Of a stretch of 31,894 nucleotides of DNA, positions 8,969 through 18,297 are shown piece after piece. The number at the start of each line of letters is the position of its first letter. Within the stretch, counting starts at the first letter, position 1. Both the position numbers and the translations under genes were made by a program. The stretch is from sequence record DRR723986_3475. The stretch is one strand, 5' to 3'. The notes under the pieces are model-generated. The model had not been told where the DNA came from. It searched no databases and saw nothing but the letters and a program-made list of their open reading frames with translations.

Positions 8969-9925
8969 ATGAAGGCAAAACTGGTCTTAGTATTTTTATT
9001 TGGAGTTATTTCCAATGCAAAATCTCAGGGTCTTGATCATTTTAACGCCTATCGAAACGTTAATGGTGAAAGTTATGTTAGGATAAGCTACGATAACGAC
9101 CTATTCACTGCTTCTGATCATAATTATACCCAAGGCTTCAGCTTAGAAATTTCAGATCCGTGTTTTCGATTTAATCCGATCAATTATCTTTTCATAAAAC
9201 CGAAAGCAGCTCTTTTGAAGTATGGATTAATTCTCGAACACAATAGCTTTACACCATATGATTATGAATTGACTCAGATTCAATTCAACGACCGACCTTT
9301 TGCCGCATCTTTTCAATTACAAAGCTTTTTAATTGCTACTGACTCTCTTAGAACACTTCGAATGATATCGTCTTTATCAGTTGGAATGATTGGATCCGCA
9401 GCCTTAGGTCGAGAAATACAAACAGGCATTCATCAAATTACTGGAGATTTAATTCCTCAAGGCTGGCACCATCAAATTCGTAACGATTTCATTTTAAATT
9501 ACCACCTTGGAATTGAGAAAAGACTGTTTAGTTACCGAAATATTTTATCGTTTCAGGTTCAAGGTGAATTAAATGCAGGCACTTATAAGAATAGTTTGGT
9601 GATCGGTTGTAATTCGACCTTCGGGTTAATAAACACACCTTTTTCTTCTGGTAAATCTGAAAGATTTCAGCTTTACTTGTTTGCTGAACCTTTAGTTCAT
9701 TTTGTTGGATATAATGCAACGTTTCAAGGCGGTATTTTTAACAGAAATAGCCCCCATACTATTGCTTTTAACGAAATGGAGCATATAACGGGTCAATTCA
9801 ATTTCGGTTTAGTCCTTCAGTTAAAGAAATTTTATTTTGAATTCAGCATGTCCTTGTTGTCAAAGGAGTATCAATTTGGCAGTCTTTCTACATGGGGAGG
9901 ATTTAAATTAGGTTTCCCATTTTAA
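8969..9925 (+). CDS. Lipid A 3-O-deacylase LpxR-family (DUF2219) outer-membrane beta-barrel protein
   Basis: Signal peptide; YDNDLF..SD..YTQG, FTP...DRPFA, G.EIQ..IH......GW..QI.N motifs; C-terminal aromatic Phe (WGGFKLGFPF). Confidence 0.82.
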   Translation: MKAKLVLVFLFGVISNAKSQGLDHFNAYRNVNGESYVRISYDNDLFTASDHNYTQGFSLEISDPCFRFNPINYLFIKPKAALLKYGLILEHNSFTPYDYELTQIQFNDRPFAASFQLQSFLIATDSLRTLRMISSLSVGMIGSAALGREIQTGIHQITGDLIPQGWHHQIRNDFILNYHLGIEKRLFSYRNILSFQVQGELNAGTYKNSLVIGCNSTFGLINTPFSSGKSERFQLYLFAEPLVHFVGYNATFQGGIFNRNSPHTIAFNEMEHITGQFNFGLVLQLKKFYFEFSMSLLSKEYQFGSLSTWGGFKLGFPF

Positions 9926-11676
9926 TAAACAACAGTCCAAACTTGTTCCTTTTCATTGCCGTTGACATCTCGTGTATAGATGCGTACTTTGTTGTCGCCT
10001 TTTCGCAAATTCGGTTTGCTTCTAGCGTTTAACGGAATGACATATTTTTTCTTTTTTCTATCGTAATACATTAATGCCCAAGCCTCATTGATAAAAGCTT
10101 TATAAACCCAAACTCCAGATAAGTTATCTTCTATTTTGAGTTCCATTGTACGGTATTTTGAGATTACTTTGCCTTCATTGAAATCTAAAGGCGTAATTAC
10201 AGGAGCGGTGGTATCCGCGACTAACACAAACTTTCCGAAATTTCGAGACTGAGCCTCTACCCATCCATTAACGTAGTCTCCTTTTTTGAAACTCATGTAG
10301 CCCTTGTCGGAGATTAGTCCTACTCCCAATTTATTTAGCGGAAAATCTCCAGGGAGCTTAGGCACCTTTAAGCGAACGTCAAAGTTTTTTTGAACTGGTA
10401 TTTCGTATTCAGAAAACTCATAACCATAAGTAAGGTAGGTGCTGGAGGAATCAATTCTGAAGATTCTTTCTAGAGGTTCATAAAAGGTGCCCGGTTCCAT
10501 TAATACTTGGAATTCTGGGTACATTAATGTGTTTACAGAATCAGGAAAATAGTAATTGGATGTTGTCGATAGTGGATTCTCATGTTGCGTTTTTCCGTTA
10601 TTCTGAATGGTAAAATCAATTTTTGTGAGGTTACCATGGACGTCAAAAGCCTTAAATGTGTAGTTTCCTGCACATTTGTCCCAGTCAAACAAGCCATCAG
10701 CTTTCGGATAAATTGGCAAATGGTTGACCGGGGTTTTGAAGTTTTTATGAACGTTTCGTTTGTTCTGTTTAAACTCGTAATAATCTTGATGAGAGTTTAG
10801 GAATCGATTGTGGTCAAAGTTGATATAATCAGTTTTTTGCTCATGATAAACTTGATCTCCCTTGGATAAAAAAGTGTTGTGAACACCACAGATATTGTGA
10901 GCGGCATCAAGTTTATCCACGACATGAAAAGCAAAAGCCAAATAAGAGTTTTTTGTCGAAATTCCAGATACATCAATTGGTTCACCGTTATTTACCAGGT
11001 ATTTTCCATTAACATATTTACAGTGATAGTACTTAGATTGTCCTGGGACCATGTAGCCTTTTTTATCAACCGCATATACTTTGATTCCCTTTAGCGTTGG
11101 TCGGGTGCTGTCTTTTATTTTTCGTTGATAGCATTTAAACAACAAAGGGTTCAATGCATGTTCAGTAGCCGTCTCCCGGATTTCAAAATGTAAATGTGCA
11201 GCAGATGAACTTCCTGAGTTTCCCGATAAACCAATGAATTCTCCACGTTCAACTTTCACACCACGTTCTAAAACTATTTCGTTAACGATATAAGTTTCCT
11301 TTTCTTTTTGAATAGCATAAACCAACGAATCAATTTCTTTTGAGAAAGACTTCATATGGGCATAAAGCGAAGTTAATCCATTCGGATGATCAATGTATAC
11401 CGCTAATCCATAGCCCCATGGCGACACCCTAACTCTTGAAATGACGCCTTCTTCAATAGCGTATAAATTTTGACCTTCAACTCCTTTTGTTTTAATGTCT
11501 AATCCAGTGTGAAAATGATTGGCTCTCATTTCGCCAAAATTCCCTGCCAAGATCAAGGGAATTTTCATTGGTGGTAACAGATCCATATTTTCGAAATCAA
11601 TCTTTTTTTGCTCGTAAGGTTGAGCAATACCTACAGTTGAAATAAAGAGAGTTAGAAATAGGATGGAGATCCGCAT
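9922..11676 (-). CDS. M23 family zinc metallopeptidase
   Basis: Signal peptide; GNFGEMRANHFHTGLD (HxxxD), GYG, LYAHM, SGNSGSSSAAHLHFEIR (HxH); long C-terminal extension as in Bacteroidota homologues. Confidence 0.9.
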   Translation of the reverse strand: MRISILFLTLFISTVGIAQPYEQKKIDFENMDLLPPMKIPLILAGNFGEMRANHFHTGLDIKTKGVEGQNLYAIEEGVISRVRVSPWGYGLAVYIDHPNGLTSLYAHMKSFSKEIDSLVYAIQKEKETYIVNEIVLERGVKVERGEFIGLSGNSGSSSAAHLHFEIRETATEHALNPLLFKCYQRKIKDSTRPTLKGIKVYAVDKKGYMVPGQSKYYHCKYVNGKYLVNNGEPIDVSGISTKNSYLAFAFHVVDKLDAAHNICGVHNTFLSKGDQVYHEQKTDYINFDHNRFLNSHQDYYEFKQNKRNVHKNFKTPVNHLPIYPKADGLFDWDKCAGNYTFKAFDVHGNLTKIDFTIQNNGKTQHENPLSTTSNYYFPDSVNTLMYPEFQVLMEPGTFYEPLERIFRIDSSSTYLTYGYEFSEYEIPVQKNFDVRLKVPKLPGDFPLNKLGVGLISDKGYMSFKKGDYVNGWVEAQSRNFGKFVLVADTTAPVITPLDFNEGKVISKYRTMELKIEDNLSGVWVYKAFINEAWALMYYDRKKKKYVIPLNARSKPNLRKGDNKVRIYTRDVNGNEKEQVWTVVY

Positions 11677-11700
11677 AATTGATTTTTAAAGGCTAAAAAA

Positions 11701-11708
11701 CAAAATTA
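11701..11708 (-). promoter_or_regulatory. -7 box (TAATTTTG) for M23 gene
   Basis: CAAAATTA on the plus strand, 24 nt upstream of the minus-strand ATG. Confidence 0.45.
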
Positions 11709-11785
11709 ATGCCGTTTTACCTTGTCTGATTTATTATTCGCAGTACTTATAAAAAAAATGATTTTGATAATTCAGCTTCGATAAC

Positions 11786-11816
11786 TTTGAAAATGGACCA
11801 ATGAATTGTATTTTTG
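11786..11816 (+). promoter_or_regulatory. Bacteroidota sigma70 promoter for zapB-like/zapA/rny operon
   Basis: TTTG (11786-11789), 19 nt, then TATTTTTG (11809-11816): full -33/-7 consensus. Confidence 0.7.
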
Positions 11817-11844
11817 TATATCAATTTTTTGACACTAAGTAAAT

Positions 11845-12132
11845 ATGTCAGATACAAAACAACTAATCAATTCGTTAGATCAAAAGGTGGATCAACTCCT
11901 TGCTAAATTAAAGCAAGAGGGTGAAGTTACTTTGAAAAAAGACGAAGAAATTAGAGGTTTAAAAAACAAGATTTCAGAGCAGTCTGAAACTCTTGAACGA
12001 TTAAAAATCGAACTTGAATCAAAAAATAACATTGAGGTAAGTTCGAATGCTGCCGATACTGGTGCTGCAAAACAAAAAATTGACGAATTAGTAAATGAAA
12101 TCGATAAATGTATTTCGCTAATTAAGGTTTGA
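11845..12132 (+). CDS. Coiled-coil ZapB-like cell division protein
   Basis: 95-aa heptad coiled coil ending AKQKIDELVNEIDKCI, directly upstream of zapA. Confidence 0.65.
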   Translation: MSDTKQLINSLDQKVDQLLAKLKQEGEVTLKKDEEIRGLKNKISEQSETLERLKIELESKNNIEVSSNAADTGAAKQKIDELVNEIDKCISLIKV

Positions 12133-12136
12133 AAAA

Positions 12137-12424
12137 ATGGATAAGACATCACTCAAAATAATTATTGCGGGCAGAACTTATCCTCTCACGATAAAAAAAG
12201 AAGAGGAAGCTGCAATTAACGCAGCTGCCGAAAAAATAAATTCGAATATCAAGAAACTGCAAGGAAGTTATGCAGTGAAGGATATGCAAGATTTATTGGC
12301 CATGACAGCCCTTCAGTTAGCTGTCCATTCTAATTCATCTGGTGATTCAAAGCCAGTATCGAGTCAACCTGACTTTAGCGAAGACATTCAGAAGATTATT
12401 GAAAAAGTTGAAAAAGCGCTATAA
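12137..12424 (+). CDS. zapA: Cell division protein ZapA
   Basis: IAGRTYPLTI..EEEA.I..AA..IN......Y...DMQDLLAMTALQ; position before rny. Confidence 0.88.
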   Translation: MDKTSLKIIIAGRTYPLTIKKEEEAAINAAAEKINSNIKKLQGSYAVKDMQDLLAMTALQLAVHSNSSGDSKPVSSQPDFSEDIQKIIEKVEKAL

Positions 12425-12496
12425 GCTTTTTCTTAACATTTGAGTAACTCAGGAGATAGACTTGTTCTATTTTTCGTTTGCTCGTAAAAATAAGAT

Positions 12497-14038
12497 ATGA
12501 ATATTGTAGACGTAATTATTGGGTTGGTGATCGGAGTTGCTATAGGCGCACTGATTGTTTTTTTACTCCAAAAAAGTGTTTTAAAATCTAAAACACAAAG
12601 TATTTTAAAAGAAGCAGAGGCTGAAGGTGAATCTATCAAAAAGGATAAAATTATTCAGGCAAAAGAAAAGTTTTTGTCGTTAAAAGAAGAGCACGAGAAG
12701 GCTGTTAGAAACAGAGAAAGATCCCTTCAAAGTTTAGAAGATAAGACGAAGAGCAAGGAAAAAAGTTTGAATCATAAAATTGAAGATGTTAATCGAAAGA
12801 ATAAGACAATTGACAATTTGAAAAAAGATTTAGACGATCAACTTGAAGTCTTAGAACAAAAGAAAGCGGAGATTGCAAAAGTGCATCAAAAGCAAGTAAA
12901 TGAGTTGTCTAAAATTTCAGGATTGTCTGTTGATGAGGCGAAAAAACAATTGATGGAAACCTTGACTGATGAGGCGAGAACAGATGCAATGGCGCACATC
13001 AAAGAGGTGGTGGATGAAGCTAAAATTAACGCAACAAAAGAAGCAAAAAAGATTGTTGTTCAGAGTATCCAACGTGTTGCTACTGAGCAGGCCATTGAGA
13101 ATTCAGTGTCTGTATTTAATATTGAATCAGATGAAATGAAAGGTAGAATCATTGGTAGAGAAGGAAGAAACATTAGAGCCTTAGAGGCTGCGACAGGCGT
13201 TGAAATCATTGTAGATGATACACCAGAAGCGATCATCCTTTCTTGCTTTGATTCTGTGAGAAGAGAGATTGCAAGGTTGTCATTGCATCAACTAGTATCT
13301 GATGGACGAATTCATCCAGCTCGAATTGAAGAGGTGGTTTCGAAAACGAAGAAATCTTTGGACGAAGAAATTATTGAAACGGGTAGAAGAACCTGTATTG
13401 ATTTAGGAATTCACGGATTGCATCCTGAATTAATGCGAATGGTGGGTAGAATGAAATACCGATCTTCATACGGTCAAAACTTATTACAGCACAGTAGAGA
13501 AGTTGCCAATTTATGTGCAATAATGGCTTCTGAGTTAGGCTTAAATGTAAAAGCTGCAAAAAGGGCCGGATTGTTACACGATATTGGAAAAGTGCCGGAT
13601 GATGAGCCGGAATTGCCACACGCAATTTTAGGTATGAAATTGGCCGAAAAATATAAAGAGAAACCAGATGTATGTAATGCAATAGGTGCTCACCATGATG
13701 AAATTGAAATGACAACGCTTATTTCTCCTATTGTTCAAGTATGTGATGCCATATCTGGCGCTCGTCCGGGTGCAAGACGTGAAATTGCTGAGTCGTATAT
13801 CAAAAGAATTAAAGAGCTGGAAACAACAGCACTTGGATTTGATGGTGTGTTAAAGTCTTATGCAATTCAGGCAGGTAGAGAATTACGTGTTATGGTAGAG
13901 GCTGAAAAGGTGAATGACCAAAGAGCAGATGAATTATCATTCATTATATCTCAAAAAATCCAGAATGAAATGACTTATCCAGGTCAGGTAAAAGTTACCG
14001 TGATTAGAGAGAAGCGTGCAGTTCACTATGCAAAATAA
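12497..14038 (+). CDS. rny: Ribonuclease Y
   Basis: N-terminal TM, coiled coil, KH domain ([16 protein letters not shown]), [13 protein letters not shown] domain (AGLLHDIGK), [23 protein letters not shown]. Confidence 0.97.
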   Translation: MNIVDVIIGLVIGVAIGALIVFLLQKSVLKSKTQSILKEAEAEGESIKKDKIIQAKEKFLSLKEEHEKAVRNRERSLQSLEDKTKSKEKSLNHKIEDVNRKNKTIDNLKKDLDDQLEVLEQKKAEIAKVHQKQVNELSKISGLSVDEAKKQLMETLTDEARTDAMAHIKEVVDEAKINATKEAKKIVVQSIQRVATEQAIENSVSVFNIESDEMKGRIIGREGRNIRALEAATGVEIIVDDTPEAIILSCFDSVRREIARLSLHQLVSDGRIHPARIEEVVSKTKKSLDEEIIETGRRTCIDLGIHGLHPELMRMVGRMKYRSSYGQNLLQHSREVANLCAIMASELGLNVKAAKRAGLLHDIGKVPDDEPELPHAILGMKLAEKYKEKPDVCNAIGAHHDEIEMTTLISPIVQVCDAISGARPGARREIAESYIKRIKELETTALGFDGVLKSYAIQAGRELRVMVEAEKVNDQRADELSFIISQKIQNEMTYPGQVKVTVIREKRAVHYAK

Positions 14039-14720
14039 ACTCAGCAAAACAGAGTTAAACGATATCATCCAATGGGATGTAAAAACGTGGTCTAAAGTTT
14101 TACCCTTTTGGGAAAAGCACTTCAGTATCAAGCCAGGCATGAAAGTGCTCGCAATTGGAGAAAGAGAAGGCGGTTTGTCAATGTGGTTTGCTAAAAAAGG
14201 TTGTTCAGTGACCTGTACAGATTACAATGATTTTCCGGATACAACCAAAGATTTGCATAAAGATTATAAAGTTGCCCAACTCATTAATTACGAATTAAAC
14301 GTTGATGCAACTGACCTGTCCAGGTTTGAATCAAACTCTTATGACATTGTTGTCTTTAAAAGTGTAATCGGGGTACTTTCAGAGAAAGATCGACAACAAA
14401 CTGCTATTAAAGAAATGCACAGAGTCCTTAAAAAAGATGGTGCATTGTTGTTTGCTGAAAACTTAAAAGGAACCAAACTTCATAGTTATTTAAGAAAGAA
14501 GTTTGTACGTTGGGATAGTTACTGGAGGTATCTTGATTTGAAAAAAGATAAAGACCTGTTTGATTCGTTCACTAAAAAGGAATTTAAGGCTATCGGCTTT
14601 TCATCTAATTTCGGTAGGTCTGAAGGACAAAAGTCCTTTCTTTCAAAAATGGATAGCGGACTTGTTTGGATGACTCCAAAAACATGGCGATACGTTTTAT
14701 TTGGTGTATTGATCAAGTAG
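14028..14720 (+). CDS. Class I SAM-dependent methyltransferase
   Basis: [11 protein letters not shown] (motif I variant), [33 protein letters not shown] 14028 overlaps the rny end (ORF track start is 14016). Confidence 0.8.
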   Translation: MQNKLSKTELNDIIQWDVKTWSKVLPFWEKHFSIKPGMKVLAIGEREGGLSMWFAKKGCSVTCTDYNDFPDTTKDLHKDYKVAQLINYELNVDATDLSRFESNSYDIVVFKSVIGVLSEKDRQQTAIKEMHRVLKKDGALLFAENLKGTKLHSYLRKKFVRWDSYWRYLDLKKDKDLFDSFTKKEFKAIGFSSNFGRSEGQKSFLSKMDSGLVWMTPKTWRYVLFGVLIK

Positions 14721-15783
14721 TCCAATCTTTTAGTTTAGCATGGACGCCGTATATTAAATCGGTAGTTCCGAGAAGTTCTAGATTTTCATCCAATGCATTA
14801 ATTTGAGAACGTTGTTCCCTCTTGATGTAGGTTGTCTCAAATTTGTTTAGTTGCGAATATTCAACTCTCGTCTGTTCTGAAATGAACTTATTGTTTCTTA
14901 GGTAATCCAAGCAGTTAGTAAGTACTTTATTGTTGTCATTAACCTTTTCTAATTCCGTATCAAAAACACCAATTAACAACACTGTCTTATTGGTGTCATT
15001 TGAATCTAATTGGCCCGTTATATCACTAATTCTATGAATAAACGGATGATTTAAAACACGGATGTAAGAAAGTGGTTTTACGGTGGGTTGATCAAGAATA
15101 AGATGGAAATGTGTATAGTTGAGCTTACTGTATTTCAAAACAATCTCCTTTCCAGAACAAATGATATGTTTCAAACTAGAGGTAGCCGTCATTGTAACAT
15201 GTTTCGCACTTAATATTTCACCGTTCGATAAAATTGCATTCCAATGACCTTGAACTTTTTCCAACGAGTCAATTTTGGCACTCATTTTTGTTTCGGCGGA
15301 GGTGTTTATTAATTTTTGAATAAGTTGATTTTGAAACTCTCGTGCTCCTCCTTTTGGGTATAAATATTTTTTTGGAATGATTGGGAAACGAGCTGATGGG
15401 TTTTTGGCAATAAATTGAGAAATGGATTTAAACTTTCCTTTAATTAAATGTTTTGCGATTGTCTTTGTGCTTATAAGGGCGTTTTTGTGGTCGTAAATCA
15501 ATCTAGATCTTTTGTTCAGAAAGTAGGGTTGCGGATTCAGTATTACCAAATTTAAATCCAAAAAATCTCTTAAAAAATTATATGATGCTTGGTTATACGA
15601 CCAAATATGACAACCGATTTCTAATTTGCCATATGCGCCAACCTCTATTGCTACCCAAGCTCCGCCAATTTGACTTTTCGAATCAATTAACAAAACCTTT
15701 TTACCTTGTTGCGCCTTTTTAACAGCATCTATAATGTTGATAGGCCCGGTTCCAATATATAAGTAATCAAATACCTTATCCAT
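14713..15783 (-). CDS. FAD/NAD(P)-binding oxidoreductase
   Basis: FDYLYIGTGP...KKVLLIDSKSQIGGAW...LEIGCHIW and YLYPKGG, as in the UDP-galactopyranose mutase/amine-oxidase-like Rossmann superfamily; ATG 15783. Confidence 0.65.
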   Translation of the reverse strand: MDKVFDYLYIGTGPINIIDAVKKAQQGKKVLLIDSKSQIGGAWVAIEVGAYGKLEIGCHIWSYNQASYNFLRDFLDLNLVILNPQPYFLNKRSRLIYDHKNALISTKTIAKHLIKGKFKSISQFIAKNPSARFPIIPKKYLYPKGGAREFQNQLIQKLINTSAETKMSAKIDSLEKVQGHWNAILSNGEILSAKHVTMTATSSLKHIICSGKEIVLKYSKLNYTHFHLILDQPTVKPLSYIRVLNHPFIHRISDITGQLDSNDTNKTVLLIGVFDTELEKVNDNNKVLTNCLDYLRNNKFISEQTRVEYSQLNKFETTYIKREQRSQINALDENLELLGTTDLIYGVHAKLKDWTT

Positions 15784-15789
15784 TTCTTG

Positions 15790-15797
15790 CAAAATTA
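15790..15797 (-). promoter_or_regulatory. -7 box (TAATTTTG) for oxidoreductase
   Basis: CAAAATTA on the plus strand, 6 nt upstream of ATG 15783. Confidence 0.5.
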
Positions 15798-15823
15798 AAC
15801 TTTCGAATCAACTAGATAGATAA

Positions 15824-15858
15824 TAACTTTGAAAATAGATTACTTATCTATTTCTTTG
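15824..15858 (+). promoter_or_regulatory. Candidate promoter for GT2 / glycan operon
   Basis: TTTG (15828-15831), 19 nt, then TTTCTTTG (15851-15858; one mismatch to TAnnTTTG). Alternatively TAACTTTG at 15824-15831 is itself a -7 box. Confidence 0.45.
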
Positions 15859-15890
15859 TCCATTCAAATGAGCGGGAATAAGCAGATCTA

Positions 15891-16925
15891 GTGAGCAAAG
15901 AGTTGATATCCATAATTATACCGTGTAGAAACGAAGAAGGCTTTATTTATAAGGTTTTAGAAAATATCCGAGATCAAGATTATGGTGCCGAAAATCTGGA
16001 AGTAATTATATCAGATGGTTTAAGTGATGACCAAACGAAGGCTGAAGTTGAAAAATTTCAAAAGTCACATTCAGAATTGAAAGTACAGTTAATCGACAAT
16101 CCTCATAAAACTGTGCCCTTCGCTTTAAATGAGGCAATAAAAATGTCCTCCGGTGAAATAATCATCCGAATGGACGCACACTCCATCTATCCTAAAAATT
16201 ATGTTTCTGTTTTAGAAAATGAATTGAACCAAAGGCCAGATGCTTGGAATGTAGGTGGCTGTTGGGATACAAAACCCGGAGCAGATACTACCATGGCCAA
16301 AGCAATTGTTATTGCAACTTCTCACAAAGTAGGGATTGGTAATGCTGAATATCGTTTAGAAAGTACTGAAACAAGAGAAGTGGACACAGTTCCTTTTGGT
16401 TGTTTCAGAAAATCGGTGTTCGAAAAAATTGGTGATTTTGACGAAGATTTAACACGGAATCAAGATGATGAATTTAATGGAAGGATTATTAAGAATGGCG
16501 GTAAGATTTATTTAATTCCGACATTAAAAATTGAGTATTCTGCAAGGGCTACTTTTAGCAAAATGGCAAAAATGTTTTATCAATACGGTTATTTCAAGCC
16601 ATTGGTAAATAAAAAATTAAAATCTGCAGCTACTGCTCGCCAATTTGCACCATTAGTATTGGTGTTGGCTGTATTGGCAGGTTGGATTCCAACCCTGTTT
16701 TGGTGGCCTTGGATATTGATTTATGCAGCTGGAATAGTTTTGTATCTAACATTACTAAAAATAGCAGCTTTTCAAAACTTTAAGTCCCTAGGGCTTTCAA
16801 TTCACGTGTATCTAGCGTTTATAATTATCCATTTTAGTTATGGGTGGGGGTATTTAAAAGGAATCTTTGCATTTTTAGTTTTCGGTAAAGAAAAAGGCAA
16901 TACAAAAGTTGATATTTCGAGATAG
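15891..16925 (+). CDS. Glycosyltransferase family 2 (ExoA-like)
   Basis: ISIIIPCRNEE, DGLSDD, RMDAHS, VDTVPFG, RNQDDEFN.R, QYGYFK; C-terminal TM helices; GTG start. Confidence 0.9.
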   Translation: MSKELISIIIPCRNEEGFIYKVLENIRDQDYGAENLEVIISDGLSDDQTKAEVEKFQKSHSELKVQLIDNPHKTVPFALNEAIKMSSGEIIIRMDAHSIYPKNYVSVLENELNQRPDAWNVGGCWDTKPGADTTMAKAIVIATSHKVGIGNAEYRLESTETREVDTVPFGCFRKSVFEKIGDFDEDLTRNQDDEFNGRIIKNGGKIYLIPTLKIEYSARATFSKMAKMFYQYGYFKPLVNKKLKSAATARQFAPLVLVLAVLAGWIPTLFWWPWILIYAAGIVLYLTLLKIAAFQNFKSLGLSIHVYLAFIIIHFSYGWGYLKGIFAFLVFGKEKGNTKVDISR

Positions 16926-16991
16926 CAGATTATTGACATTCTGTATTTGATGGTATCTCTCACTTTTATGAATACGCTAGAGCATTTAGTT

Positions 16992-16999
16992 TAACTTTG
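16992..16999 (+). promoter_or_regulatory. -7 box (TAACTTTG) upstream of wzx
   Basis: TAnnTTTG 5 nt before ATG 17005. Confidence 0.5.
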
Positions 17000-17004
17000 T
17001 TTTA

Positions 17005-18297
17005 ATGCTAAAAAAGATCCTCAATAAAAATGAGTTGTTAAAGCACGTTTTTGTTCTTGTTCAAGGAACGATCATTGCGCAAGTAATAGGCGTTCTGATG
17101 CAGTTGGTTCTTAGACGTGTATTTTCCGTGTCAGATTTTGGGGTGATGGCACTTTATTCTTCAATTGTTGGAGTGTTAGTGATTTTGGCTTCAGGAAGAT
17201 ATGAGCTGGCCATAGTCCTTCCAAAAGAAGATAAAAACGCTAAGGCTATTTTTAAAATATCCTTGCTGTTATCCCTCGCTTTTAATGTACTACTTTTCGT
17301 GGTTTTACTTTTTACCAGTAGTTATTTACTAGATGTGATTGTGCAACATGAAATGATAGAACTGAATGAAGTTAAAAATCTGGTATCCGTTAAGTATTTG
17401 ATTTATTGTATACCGATTGGCGTATTCGCTATGACACTTTATAACTCATTTAATTATTGGTATACCCGATCAAAAAGCTTCCGTTCATTGTCAAATAGTC
17501 GCATCATTCAATCGGCAGGGCAAAATGGATCTAATGCTGCTTTCGGTGCTGCTGGATTTGGGTTTTTTGGGTTATTTTTTGGACTTATTTTAGGTTTAGT
17601 GACAAGCACGTTGTTCTTGTTTCTAAAAAACACTAAAATATTTAACGGAGATATAGGTGATACAAAAGAGAACTTAAAAAAGTATAACGACTTTCCACTT
17701 AAAAGTTTGCCATCCGGTCTTGTGAATATTCTAGCAACGCAGCTTCCCAATTTTTTTATTTTTGGATTTTTCGGTGCTCAAATATTGGGTCTTTTTGATA
17801 TTATAACTAAGGTGTTGAATGTCCCAATAACTATGGTGGGTAAGTCCGTGTCCCAGGTCTTTTATAAAAAGATTTCAGATGATATACAAGAAGGGAAAAA
17901 GATAGGTGGATACGTTAAAAAATCTAGTGTTCGTCTTTTTCTGTTTATGCTAGTTCCAATGCTCTTTATTTTCTTTTTTGGTGAACATTTGTTTGCCTGG
18001 TTTTTTGGAGAGAAATATCGCCTTTCAGGTCAATTAGCGGGTTATTTTTCTTTGTTTTATTTAGTGCGATTCGTTTACTATTCCCAGTCTACTTTGTTTT
18101 CAGCAGTGAGAAAAATTGGAATAGAGTTTAGACAAAACCTAATATTTTTAGTGTTGCAACTTGCTGCCTTATTAATCGGGTATTATTATTATGAAGATTT
18201 TGTAACCACTTTTAAATTACTGGCGGCAAGCGGTGCGATTTGTTATTTATTTTTCATTTTTGTTCTGATTAGAACAGCACAAAAAATAGACGCATGA
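17005..18297 (+). CDS. wzx: Wzx-type oligosaccharide flippase
   Basis: About 12 TM segments; GTIIAQ, DFGVMALY, GRYELAIVLP, YNDFP, SVSQVFY, FGEKY motifs of polysaccharide-export flippases. Confidence 0.88.
   Translation: MLKKILNKNELLKHVFVLVQGTIIAQVIGVLMQLVLRRVFSVSDFGVMALYSSIVGVLVILASGRYELAIVLPKEDKNAKAIFKISLLLSLAFNVLLFVVLLFTSSYLLDVIVQHEMIELNEVKNLVSVKYLIYCIPIGVFAMTLYNSFNYWYTRSKSFRSLSNSRIIQSAGQNGSNAAFGAAGFGFFGLFFGLILGLVTSTLFLFLKNTKIFNGDIGDTKENLKKYNDFPLKSLPSGLVNILATQLPNFFIFGFFGAQILGLFDIITKVLNVPITMVGKSVSQVFYKKISDDIQEGKKIGGYVKKSSVRLFLFMLVPMLFIFFFGEHLFAWFFGEKYRLSGQLAGYFSLFYLVRFVYYSQSTLFSAVRKIGIEFRQNLIFLVLQLAALLIGYYYYEDFVTTFKLLAASGAICYLFFIFVLIRTAQKIDA

Noticed and set aside
12425-12496. Full 6S RNA gene after zapA
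   Set aside because: The 72-nt gap is too short for the usual long rod with a central bubble; kept only as a hairpin finding.
15784-17004. Invertible promoter, or UpxY/ops-type antitermination leader, for the glycan locus
   Set aside because: No long flanking inverted repeats, recombinase, upxY/upxZ gene or ops-like motif was seen.
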